Part shown: positions 1-8,444 of the stretch, in pieces
Layout of the letters: every line of letters begins with the position of its first letter
Position numbering within the stretch: the first letter of the stretch is position 1
Notes under the pieces: generated by a model
What the model was told of the DNA's origin: nothing
The model's input: the letters and a program-made list of their open reading frames with translations, nothing else
Databases searched by the model: none
Origin: Candidatus Omnitrophota bacterium
Lineage (GTDB): Bacteria > Omnitrophota > Gorgyraeia > Gygaellales > JAQTUX01
DNA length: 64,000 nucleotides
Direction: 5' to 3'
NCBI GenBank assembly: GCA_028707125.1
Contig: JAQTUX010000002.1
Coordinates: 80,355 to 144,354, forward strand
Translations under genes and position numbers: made by a program

Positions 1-1145
1 ATCCCGTCTTTTTCTACGCAGAGCACATCCAGGAAGACCTCCAGATCTTTATAAAAAGGATGACCAAGCATAACAAGATCATCATCCTTTACGGATAATA
101 CCTGCGAAGGGCTGATGTTGATAGCTGAGTTTACCCTTGCTACCGCCCTGTCATTAATATCCCTCTCTGTATCTCCTTTTTGGATAATGCTAATGATCTC
201 CGGGGCTATCTCGGAGAATTTAACCCGCAAGGATACCCATTTCTCTTTAACGGGGGTGACCACCTCAAAGGTCTTGGCCACAACCGCATTTACCTCATAT
301 TTGTTTGTCTTAAAGTGAAAGGGTGTATTATATAATATTTCTTCTTCCTTGAAGTACAGCCTGCTGCCCTTTAACTCGCACTTCAACCTCATCTTTACAG
401 CTGCCTGCTTCTTGCCGCTGACCTCTCCTGTTATAAAATTATCCCCGCCCACATTCAAATCGAGAAAGTTGCCTTCTACCTTACCTACGTTCAAGATCTC
501 AGCAATAACATTTCCGCTGTCATCCATATCCTTATCACCGACAGCAATTTTACTCAAAATATCTTCGTCTAACTCTTTCAGCGTGACATAAAGATCTATC
601 GTCCTTTCTATAACCGCTCCCTCTACCGCTTCCCTTCTCAGGGGAATGGCGGTAACGGCATATTTACCGGTCTTGAATTCTAAAGGCAGGCCCAGTCCCA
701 CTATATCATTTTTATACAATAGCCTGTCATCATCTATGGTATGTTTCAGCCCTTTTCGTATCTCTGCTTTTAATCTAAGCTTTGCCTCAATCTGCCTCAA
801 AACTACATCTTTTTTAGTTATGGCCTGCCCCTCGCCGATGTTGAACTTATATACATAGGGCTCGTCATCACCAAGTTCGACTACTTCCCCTATCGGGTGC
901 CCATCGTTATCAAATTCCTTATCGCCTATCGAAATGACCTTTGCGACTTCGGGCCGCAATTTTATAAATCTGACATCTATCATTATTTCAATAAATTCTT
1001 TCGCCTCTGTATCTATCGGCTCTTGGGTAAACACCTTATATCCGAGATAAAATATCGGCAGCAAACAAACTAAGAAAACAAGGGCTAAAAAATCAATGAT
1101 ATTGATTTTTCCGAATAATCTGCCTTTATCGTCTATGACTTTCAT
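1..1145 (-). CDS. Hypothetical membrane-anchored repeat protein (partial; C-terminus lies beyond the window start)
   Basis: Minus-strand ATG at 1145..1143 preceded by AGGAGGA. The open frame runs to the window edge, which is why it is absent from the ORF track. N-terminal TM helix (IIDFLALVFLVCLLPIFYLGY) followed by at least three ~100-aa repeats each containing I(S/A)(I/V)GDK-D-DG-IGEV-like motifs. No recognisable catalytic family. Confidence 0.55.
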   Translation of the reverse strand, partial: MKVIDDKGRLFGKINIIDFLALVFLVCLLPIFYLGYKVFTQEPIDTEAKEFIEIMIDVRFIKLRPEVAKVISIGDKEFDNDGHPIGEVVELGDDEPYVYKFNIGEGQAITKKDVVLRQIEAKLRLKAEIRKGLKHTIDDDRLLYKNDIVGLGLPLEFKTGKYAVTAIPLRREAVEGAVIERTIDLYVTLKELDEDILSKIAVGDKDMDDSGNVIAEILNVGKVEGNFLDLNVGGDNFITGEVSGKKQAAVKMRLKCELKGSRLYFKEEEILYNTPFHFKTNKYEVNAVVAKTFEVVTPVKEKWVSLRVKFSEIAPEIISIIQKGDTERDINDRAVARVNSAINISPSQVLSVKDDDLVMLGHPFYKDLEVFLDVLCVEKDG

Positions 1146-1154
1146 CTCTTCCTC

Positions 1155-3002
1155 CTAAATGTATCCCTTCCACCAGTAGTAGAGAATACCTAAATATTCA
1201 TGCAATATCGCCTTGATCTGCTCTAATCTTGACCCTGACCTTCGATTATAGAATTGAGGGTTGGGGACAGGCGTATATGACACTTTAATCCCGGCCGCTA
1301 TCTTCCGGTAGACCAAAGACGCCCTGGCCATATTATAAGGCGAACTGACCAGCAGAATACTGTCCCATCCCTGCCTGTCCAATATTTCTGCCGTGAATTT
1401 TACATTCTCATATGTATTATTGCCGTTCTTATCCAGAGTTATATCATCCCGCGGAACGCCTTCCGATAAAGCAAAGAGCATCATATTTTCCGCGTCGTTA
1501 TAGTTATAAGTATACCCCGCGGAAAAGACTATTTTATCGGCGTATTGCTGCTTATAAAGCCCTGCCGCGTATCTTGCCCTTTCAATCGTGCTTTTGCCCG
1601 GGCTGCCCGTCTCGCCCACCCCGCCTCCGAATACGACGATCGCGTCTGCCTTCCGCGGCCCGTCCGAGATCTTAAGCGGGCCGGCAACGAACCAGATAAA
1701 GGGCGACTTGAACAAAATGACATAAATGAGAAGGCAAACAATACCGAATATCACTGTCCTCCTCCGCGCCTTCTTATAAAAACGGCTCAGCTTGGCCATC
1801 CACTGACTATCAATATTCAATCTTTGCTTTTCTAATAGGCTATCTTCTATTAGCCCGTTCATACGGACTATGGAATTACTCCAGCTGTTTTCCCGGGCGA
1901 TATCTATGCGCCTTTGCGCCAGGCTGCTGTTATCCTCTCTGAGGGCTCGCTCTATGGCCCCTGTAAACCCTTCTGCCCCTTCTGCCGTATACACCATGTT
2001 ATTATGCCGCTCATTAAAGGAGATTATTTCCGGAAGCCCGGTAGAAACAACGGGCTTACCCATGGCAAAATATTCATTCAGCTTGGTCGGGTACACATTT
2101 TTTGTGTAATCGGTCAGAGAATAGGGGATTATACATACGTCAAACGACTTTATAAAACAAGGCAATCTGTCATGCTCCTTCTTGCCTAAGAAATGGACAT
2201 TATCCAAATCCGACAACGAGGAAATATCATCCTGGATAGGGCCGACAAATACGAAAGACAGATCACCGCGCCTCCGGGCAACCGCTCTTATTAACGGCTG
2301 GTCAACCCATTTGTGCATGCCGCCTACGTATCCTACTATGGGCTTATTTATATTTCCTAATTCAGCCGGCGCGGCGGATTCATTCAACCTGATATTCTCA
2401 AATTTCTCATAGCTTACCGCGAAAGGAAAAAAATGCACATTTTTATTGTATCTTGAACAATATCTATGCAATTCATTAGAAGTAACAAAAACCAGATCCG
2501 CTTTTTTTAACAAATCCGCCTCTGATCTTTCTATCCTGCGTGCCGATGCGGAACTCGCCCTGAAATTATCAATACAGTAATAAACAGTGAGCTTCTTTAC
2601 CAGGTTGTCTATTATATCGGAACTCAAGGGCGTGGGCAGAAATGTCCATACAATAGGATCCCCGAAATTCATCACCTTGAACCACTTATCCAACACGGAA
2701 AATACCAAATGGCAATTAACCCATCGCGCAAAGCGTGAATAAGGAAACGGCAGGACCAGCGGCGAATATATATATAAATTCTTACCCTCCTGCCTTATGC
2801 CCTTTACCCCTTTTAACCAATTTTTCACCCTTCGCTGGATCCTGGGTATGTCTCTTATACCCGGATGGCGCACCCCGGTATTCTCAATAAAAAGCACGCG
2901 GTTTCCCGCCTTAGCCAGGGCGGACATTATCTCCTGATGCCCCTGCCAGATAAAATCCCAATCAATGGAAGATATGCAGATAATATCCTGGTGTTCCAGC
3001 AT
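1155..3002 (-). CDS. GT4-family (GT-B) glycosyltransferase fused via a TM helix to a DUF218 (YdcF/SanA/ElyC-like) domain
   Basis: N-terminal ~360 aa with GT-B/GT4 signature (GYVGGMHKWVDQPLI...FDVCIIPY...EYFAMGKPVVSTGLPEI). Central hydrophobic helix (VIFGIVCLLIYVILF). C-terminal DUF218 signature (ADAIVVFGGGVGETGSP...YTYNYNDAENMM...NTYEN). Confidence 0.7.
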   Translation of the reverse strand: MLEHQDIICISSIDWDFIWQGHQEIMSALAKAGNRVLFIENTGVRHPGIRDIPRIQRRVKNWLKGVKGIRQEGKNLYIYSPLVLPFPYSRFARWVNCHLVFSVLDKWFKVMNFGDPIVWTFLPTPLSSDIIDNLVKKLTVYYCIDNFRASSASARRIERSEADLLKKADLVFVTSNELHRYCSRYNKNVHFFPFAVSYEKFENIRLNESAAPAELGNINKPIVGYVGGMHKWVDQPLIRAVARRRGDLSFVFVGPIQDDISSLSDLDNVHFLGKKEHDRLPCFIKSFDVCIIPYSLTDYTKNVYPTKLNEYFAMGKPVVSTGLPEIISFNERHNNMVYTAEGAEGFTGAIERALREDNSSLAQRRIDIARENSWSNSIVRMNGLIEDSLLEKQRLNIDSQWMAKLSRFYKKARRRTVIFGIVCLLIYVILFKSPFIWFVAGPLKISDGPRKADAIVVFGGGVGETGSPGKSTIERARYAAGLYKQQYADKIVFSAGYTYNYNDAENMMLFALSEGVPRDDITLDKNGNNTYENVKFTAEILDRQGWDSILLVSSPYNMARASLVYRKIAAGIKVSYTPVPNPQFYNRRSGSRLEQIKAILHEYLGILYYWWKGYI

Positions 3003-3007
3003 AATTA

Positions 3008-4138
3008 TTAAGAATCCCCTCTTGACCTATACCACAAATTAATTAAAGGCCTTATTTTCTTCAATCCGGCTTTTATATGCTTTGCGTAACAATCCTTTGC
3101 TGCCCGATAAATCAGCCCGGGATACCTTAAGGACTTCCGCGCGCTATAATAATAAATGCTGTAAAGCGGCCTGCGGGATTGGGTCCAGGCCATTTTATAA
3201 GGCTCCTGCCCTCTTAAGAAATCAAACTCCTCCAATCCTTCCCTGGCTGACCTCTCTAACATTTTCATGATCAGGACCTTTGAAGGCGAATACGCGGCAA
3301 ATTCAGGGTCAAAAGCAGGCATATAATAATAGAGTTTATTATTATACCTGAAACCAAAATGGCACGCTATCAATTTTTTATCAAACTCCAGGCAGCTGAA
3401 ATCAAGCCAGCCCCTCTGCGCCAGCGCGGACGACAGAGTAGATACGAAATCCCGCCAACGCGCGTATTGAAACTGGCTATATTTATTCCCATAATGTTTC
3501 CATCTTTTGATATGTAACTCAAAATACGCGTCCAGCGCCCCCCTGGAAGGCGGCCCCTCAAGATGACTTTTGAATATCAAATCGCCTTTCTGGCGCATCT
3601 TTTTCTCGCTATTATAAACTTCACGCTTTAATTTATTCTTAAGCCCGCCTTCGATCTCCTGCCATCCGCTTTTTAATACGACGTAAGGGCAGTAATCGAT
3701 CCGGCAAATCCTGCGGTGCTCCGTTATCGGTTTATTAAGGACCCTTGAGCCCTCAGGAATATACCTGAGGCCTATTTCTAAAAAACCCAGATTTGATAAA
3801 TACTCGGAGATCTTTAATAAATAAGCGTCGTAATTCCTATGGCCGATAATAAAATCCATATAATCGCAGATATCATCTCCGATAAATTGTATTACCGGCC
3901 TGTTAAGAAACGGCGACCTCGTGATCATAAGAGGCGCTATCGCCGTTATAAAACCGGCGTCCTCAACCGCAAGCACTAATAATTGCCTGCCGCTGTTGCC
4001 CCGGCCGAAACAACCCCACCATGAATGTATAAATTCGTATGTCTGGAATATATAACTCTGCCCTGATGATCTCAAGGCCTGAGACCATGCATCCCTGCCG
4101 ATATCCTCTAATTTTTCTATTCTCTTTATCTTAACCAT
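3008..4138 (-). CDS. GNAT-superfamily N-acyltransferase, FemAB/CelD(BcsL)-like
   Basis: 376 aa; C-terminal half shows the FemAB/Acetyltransf_6-like pattern (WLDFSCLEFDKKLIACHFGFRYNNKLYYYMPAFDPEF...FDFLRG). Located in a glycan cluster. Confidence 0.55.
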   Translation of the reverse strand: MVKIKRIEKLEDIGRDAWSQALRSSGQSYIFQTYEFIHSWWGCFGRGNSGRQLLVLAVEDAGFITAIAPLMITRSPFLNRPVIQFIGDDICDYMDFIIGHRNYDAYLLKISEYLSNLGFLEIGLRYIPEGSRVLNKPITEHRRICRIDYCPYVVLKSGWQEIEGGLKNKLKREVYNSEKKMRQKGDLIFKSHLEGPPSRGALDAYFELHIKRWKHYGNKYSQFQYARWRDFVSTLSSALAQRGWLDFSCLEFDKKLIACHFGFRYNNKLYYYMPAFDPEFAAYSPSKVLIMKMLERSAREGLEEFDFLRGQEPYKMAWTQSRRPLYSIYYYSARKSLRYPGLIYRAAKDCYAKHIKAGLKKIRPLINLWYRSRGDS

Positions 4139-4958
4139 GCATCCTCAAGAATCCCAGCCAGTCATAGCATCCGGACATTTTCTTCGCGAATTTGAAATCG
4201 GTATCATCAAAGGCGCTCAACTCGGTTCTCCTCAGGGCAAAAATATCAGTGCCCGCGTCGTTGAGCCCCTCAATACTGGAACAGGAACAGATAAACTTAC
4301 TCCTTCTAACGGCATCTTTGACATTTTTATTGAATATGCCGTGAGGATAGCTGAACGTATTAACCTGGCCCCCTACATGGCTCTCGATCAGGCCTTTGGA
4401 CTTTAAGACCTCATATTCAAGCTCCTGCTCATTCATCTCGGTAAGGCGCCTGTGGCTTAAGGCGTGCGAACCTATGGACAGTCCCGCCTCACGCAGCCCT
4501 TTGACATCATCCCAACTAAGCATATCCCAGTCATGCCAGTACAAGCCGGCGGGAACCTTATTTTCAATAAAGGATATATTGACGAACAGCGTGGCTGGAA
4601 AACCGAATTCTTTTAACACCGGCAACGCGTTTGTCAGAACGCTTTTATAACCGTCGTCAAAGGTGATCACTGCCGATTTGCCGGGGACCCGACGGTTATG
4701 AATAATAATGTCGACTAATTCCGTAAGCCCCAGGACAAGAAAACTATTCTCCTTCAAGTATTTCATCTGCATATAGAATGTGCCGTTCGGAACCGCCAGG
4801 CCCATCTTATCCTTTTTGGGATCATGCCTCTGGATGGAATGGTACAAAAGGATCCTGCATTTCCCTTCCGCGGATAACCCGGCGCCCCTGCCCTTCCTGT
4901 AAGAATACAGGCAGTCAGAAATTTTGTCTTTGATGGCTCTCTTTACGGGCATAATCAC
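4131..4958 (-). CDS. Polysaccharide deacetylase (NodB / CE4 family)
   Basis: NodB-homology motifs (AVITFDDGYKSV...LKEFGFPATLFV...IGSHALSHRRL). Confidence 0.75.
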   Translation of the reverse strand: MIMPVKRAIKDKISDCLYSYRKGRGAGLSAEGKCRILLYHSIQRHDPKKDKMGLAVPNGTFYMQMKYLKENSFLVLGLTELVDIIIHNRRVPGKSAVITFDDGYKSVLTNALPVLKEFGFPATLFVNISFIENKVPAGLYWHDWDMLSWDDVKGLREAGLSIGSHALSHRRLTEMNEQELEYEVLKSKGLIESHVGGQVNTFSYPHGIFNKNVKDAVRRSKFICSCSSIEGLNDAGTDIFALRRTELSAFDDTDFKFAKKMSGCYDWLGFLRMHG

Positions 4959-6454
4959 CTGAATGAATCAAACCCTGCGAAGATATTGAATCTGGTCTTC
5001 AACCTGTAAAACATCTTTATCGCCGCCCACTCTAAAGGCATAATAAAGAAATCGTACTTGACCCGTAAGGCGGCTATCCGGCGCAGCATTCTATAGAAGA
5101 AACCCTTATAGCCATTACTGAACCTGCGTTCCAGTGACTTTGAAGGAAAGGCCAACGGATAAAGGTATTTAACACACATATTGATCTTATCCAGATACGC
5201 GTTGTTTACCCAGGGGGTATTCACCGTAAGGATACTCCAATCCTGCCAATCTTCCAGCTTCTCCGGGACCCTGAGGCCTTTTTTAATAGACAGATCTAAA
5301 AGCGGAGTGCCGGGATAAGGCGTATAGAGAAAAGGCGTGAACTGATGGTCGGGAAAACGTGATTTTATATCCTTGATCAGTTTCAAACTGCGCTGAAGGT
5401 CTTTCTCCGGGTCAAGAGGAAACCCCGCGATCATAAAAAACTCGGATACGATCCTGTGTTTATCCAGTATTTCAGCGGCCTTGACAATATCTCCGGGCCT
5501 TATCTTTTTATCTATAAGATCCAACACATCTTCATCCCCTGTTTCGGCGCCTATATATAATTTGGCGCAGCCGCTCTCTTCCAGTAAAGATATCAAGCTT
5601 TCCGGAAAGCGGTTGATCTGATCCACCCTGGCATCGGTAGCCCATTTGATCCTGATACCGCTGTCAATTATCTTACGGCAAATATCCTCCGCCCGTTTAA
5701 GGTCCACGAAAAAGTTATCTTCGGCGAATGTGATGCCGTCTATCTTATACCTTTTGACCAGCGTATTTATCTGAGCTGATAAGTTATCCGCGCTGAGTCC
5801 GCTCCATCTGCGCTTATAAACCTCCGGCGTGCTGCAAAATCCGCACGCGTAGGGACAGCCCTGGGAAGAATTCCAAAATATTGTCCTGCCGCCTAAAGGG
5901 GTCGTAAATATATATTTCTCAAAATCAAACAGGTCAAATGCCGCGGGGCCGAATTCATTGATATCCCGGAATTGACGCTGATCATTACGCACAACCCTGC
6001 CCTGCCTCTTATATGCTATGCCGTCGACAGACTCCAGGCCCAAACCATGGCTCAAGGCATATGGCAATTCCTTGATGGTCGCCTCTCCCTGGCCTATTAC
6101 TACAATGTCGATATTCTCATTTGCCAATGTCTCCTCCGGTAATATGGACGGATGCCACCCTCCCCAGACCACCGGCAATTCCCCGTTTATTTTTTTTACT
6201 AATGATGAGGCCCTTAGCCCGCCGGCTATCTGATATCCGGTCATGGAACTTACGCCGAAGAATAACGCCTCGGGCAACGCCTGCTTTAAACCATCGATAT
6301 AGTTCTCTTCCATGCGCTCGTCTATAATGACGACTTTATATCCCGCGTTTTTCAGCTCTGAGCCGATCTTAAGCAAAGGAAGCGGGATATTCTTGTTTAT
6401 ATTATCCCTTTCTGTCTTAGGGTAAAATAAGATAATGGTATGCTTGCGGCTCAT
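4955..6454 (-). CDS. B12-binding domain-containing radical SAM protein
   Basis: N-terminal cobalamin-binding Rossmann region (VVWGGWHPS...IDIVVIGQGEATI) followed by CxxxCxxC (GCPYACGFCST). Confidence 0.85.
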   Translation of the reverse strand: MSRKHTIILFYPKTERDNINKNIPLPLLKIGSELKNAGYKVVIIDERMEENYIDGLKQALPEALFFGVSSMTGYQIAGGLRASSLVKKINGELPVVWGGWHPSILPEETLANENIDIVVIGQGEATIKELPYALSHGLGLESVDGIAYKRQGRVVRNDQRQFRDINEFGPAAFDLFDFEKYIFTTPLGGRTIFWNSSQGCPYACGFCSTPEVYKRRWSGLSADNLSAQINTLVKRYKIDGITFAEDNFFVDLKRAEDICRKIIDSGIRIKWATDARVDQINRFPESLISLLEESGCAKLYIGAETGDEDVLDLIDKKIRPGDIVKAAEILDKHRIVSEFFMIAGFPLDPEKDLQRSLKLIKDIKSRFPDHQFTPFLYTPYPGTPLLDLSIKKGLRVPEKLEDWQDWSILTVNTPWVNNAYLDKINMCVKYLYPLAFPSKSLERRFSNGYKGFFYRMLRRIAALRVKYDFFIMPLEWAAIKMFYRLKTRFNIFAGFDSFR

Positions 6455-7335
6455 TTTAAGCTCTCAAGAAAACCAGCCAGATTTCCTCTTGCCCTTAGTT
6501 TATATCTGCTGTCAAACCCAAGCAACCCCTTAATAATGTTATTAAGGAATATCCCGAATAATGCCCAATAACATAAGGGGACCGACAGATCCGGGTTCTT
6601 CTTCACGAAATATACGCGGTTAACTACTTCCATTTTACCCAGGGCAGAACTGTATCCCACATTCTCCAGCTTTACAAAATGCTTTATTTTCGCGTCTGCC
6701 ACAACAAACATCTTGTATTTCTTTCCGACGCTGTAACTGAAATCCACGTCTTCATAACGCGCGTAACCTGAAAACTTCTCGTCAAACATAAATTCTTCAA
6801 AGACCTTCCTTCGGAAGACCATGGCGCATCCGATAAGCCAATCAATCCGCATCGTCCTGTCCACGGCGCAAGGTATGCTCTGAAACCCGGAAGGCAGGAT
6901 CCTTCCGGGTATATCGGCATTCACCAAAAAGACCTTCTCAAGGAATGCCGGCCTCCTGAATGGCTCCGACATATTATTAAAACAGGCGCCGGCCGTATCC
7001 AAAGAAGCTGCCTCCCAGAACTTCATCATATTTTTCAGGCTGTCTGTCTCTAACGCGACGTCATCGTCAAGGAAAGCCACAAGCGATACCCCGTCCCTGA
7101 CCATCTTAATACCGGCGTTTCTCTGAGCCGTTAAGGACGGCGGGGTCTTCCTGACATAATCTATATTGAGGCCGCTGAAACTATCCACTACGCCGCTTAC
7201 GGCCCGGCTGCCGCCATCCACAATGATGATCTGCGCCGGCTTAAAACCCTGGTCTTCTATGCTTTCCAGGCAGCGCCTCAGTTCTTCCGGCCTGTCCTTC
7301 GTAGGGATAATAACGGCTAATTTTTCGTTAAACAT
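6451..7335 (-). CDS. Glycosyltransferase family 2
   Basis: GT-A N-terminus (LAVIIPTKDRPEELRRCLESIEDQ...IIIVDGGS...LDDD). Confidence 0.8.
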   Translation of the reverse strand: MFNEKLAVIIPTKDRPEELRRCLESIEDQGFKPAQIIIVDGGSRAVSGVVDSFSGLNIDYVRKTPPSLTAQRNAGIKMVRDGVSLVAFLDDDVALETDSLKNMMKFWEAASLDTAGACFNNMSEPFRRPAFLEKVFLVNADIPGRILPSGFQSIPCAVDRTMRIDWLIGCAMVFRRKVFEEFMFDEKFSGYARYEDVDFSYSVGKKYKMFVVADAKIKHFVKLENVGYSSALGKMEVVNRVYFVKKNPDLSVPLCYWALFGIFLNNIIKGLLGFDSRYKLRARGNLAGFLESLK

Positions 7336-7337
7336 TC

Positions 7338-8444
7338 TTATTTATTCTGGAATGAAAGATCGATACGCTTGATAGCATCCTTAAGAATGAGAGGAAGGAA
7401 CATCCGTGTGTTGAACAAATATCCGCAGGAACATCCGGCGCAATCCTTATAGAACATGCCCCTCTTCGCCTTCATATACCTCTGCGCCTTCCTTAATTCG
7501 CCAAACGGCCTTTCCTTAAGGTTGCCGAAAGTCCCCATTGACATGCAGCCGCCCATCAAATTACCGTATGGGTCGATGATCACCCTGTCCTGTGAGCTCA
7601 CGCATGGCACTCGGTGCTGACGGGGGTCCTTAAAATAATCTTCTATAAAATCTATCGCCGGAAAATTGATTATTAAAGAACGCGGCCTTCTTGATCTTTC
7701 ATCTCTTAGAAAATCCAGCGCTTCCCGCAGAGATCCAAAATCCTTATCGCTCTTCACCCAGAGATCCCTGCCGTTCTCCTCCAGATCAAATAGGAAAGAC
7801 CCTTTATCTATTATATTGATGGCCAGCGGCAGGCCAAGCTCATCCGCGAACCTCTTCACGCCTTTCAACTCGCCTATGGTCGCCTTCATCAGGGTAAAAT
7901 TAATATACGCGTCTATCTTGCGCCTTTTCCTGACCTCGGACAGCGCGGCCAGGTTCTCTCTCAATTTCATAAAAGAACCCGGCAGGCCGCGTATGGCGTC
8001 ATATTTTTCTCCGATCGCGTCCATTGATACGGCTATGGACCTTAAGCCCGAAGCGACAAGTTTCTCTAAGATTTCTCTGGTAGCCAGCATGCCGTTGGTA
8101 GTCAATCCTACCGTAAAACCGTTATTGCTGCCATAAAAAACTATCCCGGTAATATCTTCGCGCAGCAGCGGCTCCCCGCCGGTCAAATGCATGTTCCTTA
8201 TGCCGCTTCTTTTCAAATCCAGAATAATGCCCTTCCATTCTTCAGTCGACAACTCCTTAGCCACAGGCGTCCTCCACTGCCTGCACATTACGCATTTAAG
8301 ATTGCATCTATTTGTGATCATGATGGTGCAGGAACTGGGCCTAATCTCTAAAAAACGATACAAAAACGGCATTAAAGATAAGGAATCTGTTTTTAAAACA
8401 ATTGTTATATACCTGCCGGCCTTTTTAATCCGTTTCAATATCAA
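7338..8444 (-). CDS. Radical SAM / SPASM-domain protein
   Basis: CxxxCxxC (ITNRCNLKCVMCRQW). Cys-rich C-terminal region (CVSSQ...GGCMSMG...CAGCSCG) typical of SPASM/twitch auxiliary clusters. Confidence 0.7.
   Translation of the reverse strand: MILKRIKKAGRYITIVLKTDSLSLMPFLYRFLEIRPSSCTIMITNRCNLKCVMCRQWRTPVAKELSTEEWKGIILDLKRSGIRNMHLTGGEPLLREDITGIVFYGSNNGFTVGLTTNGMLATREILEKLVASGLRSIAVSMDAIGEKYDAIRGLPGSFMKLRENLAALSEVRKRRKIDAYINFTLMKATIGELKGVKRFADELGLPLAINIIDKGSFLFDLEENGRDLWVKSDKDFGSLREALDFLRDERSRRPRSLIINFPAIDFIEDYFKDPRQHRVPCVSSQDRVIIDPYGNLMGGCMSMGTFGNLKERPFGELRKAQRYMKAKRGMFYKDCAGCSCGYLFNTRMFLPLILKDAIKRIDLSFQNK

Noticed and set aside
115-858. Three plus-strand ORFs (67-80 aa) at the start of the window
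   Set aside because: They lie antisense to a continuous minus-strand coding frame (the partial repeat protein 1..1145). Their sequence is low-complexity and hydrophobic, typical of shadow ORFs.
7666-8136. 156-aa plus-strand ORF
   Set aside because: It is antisense within the SPASM radical SAM gene. Its S/R-rich low-complexity translation is typical of a spurious frame.
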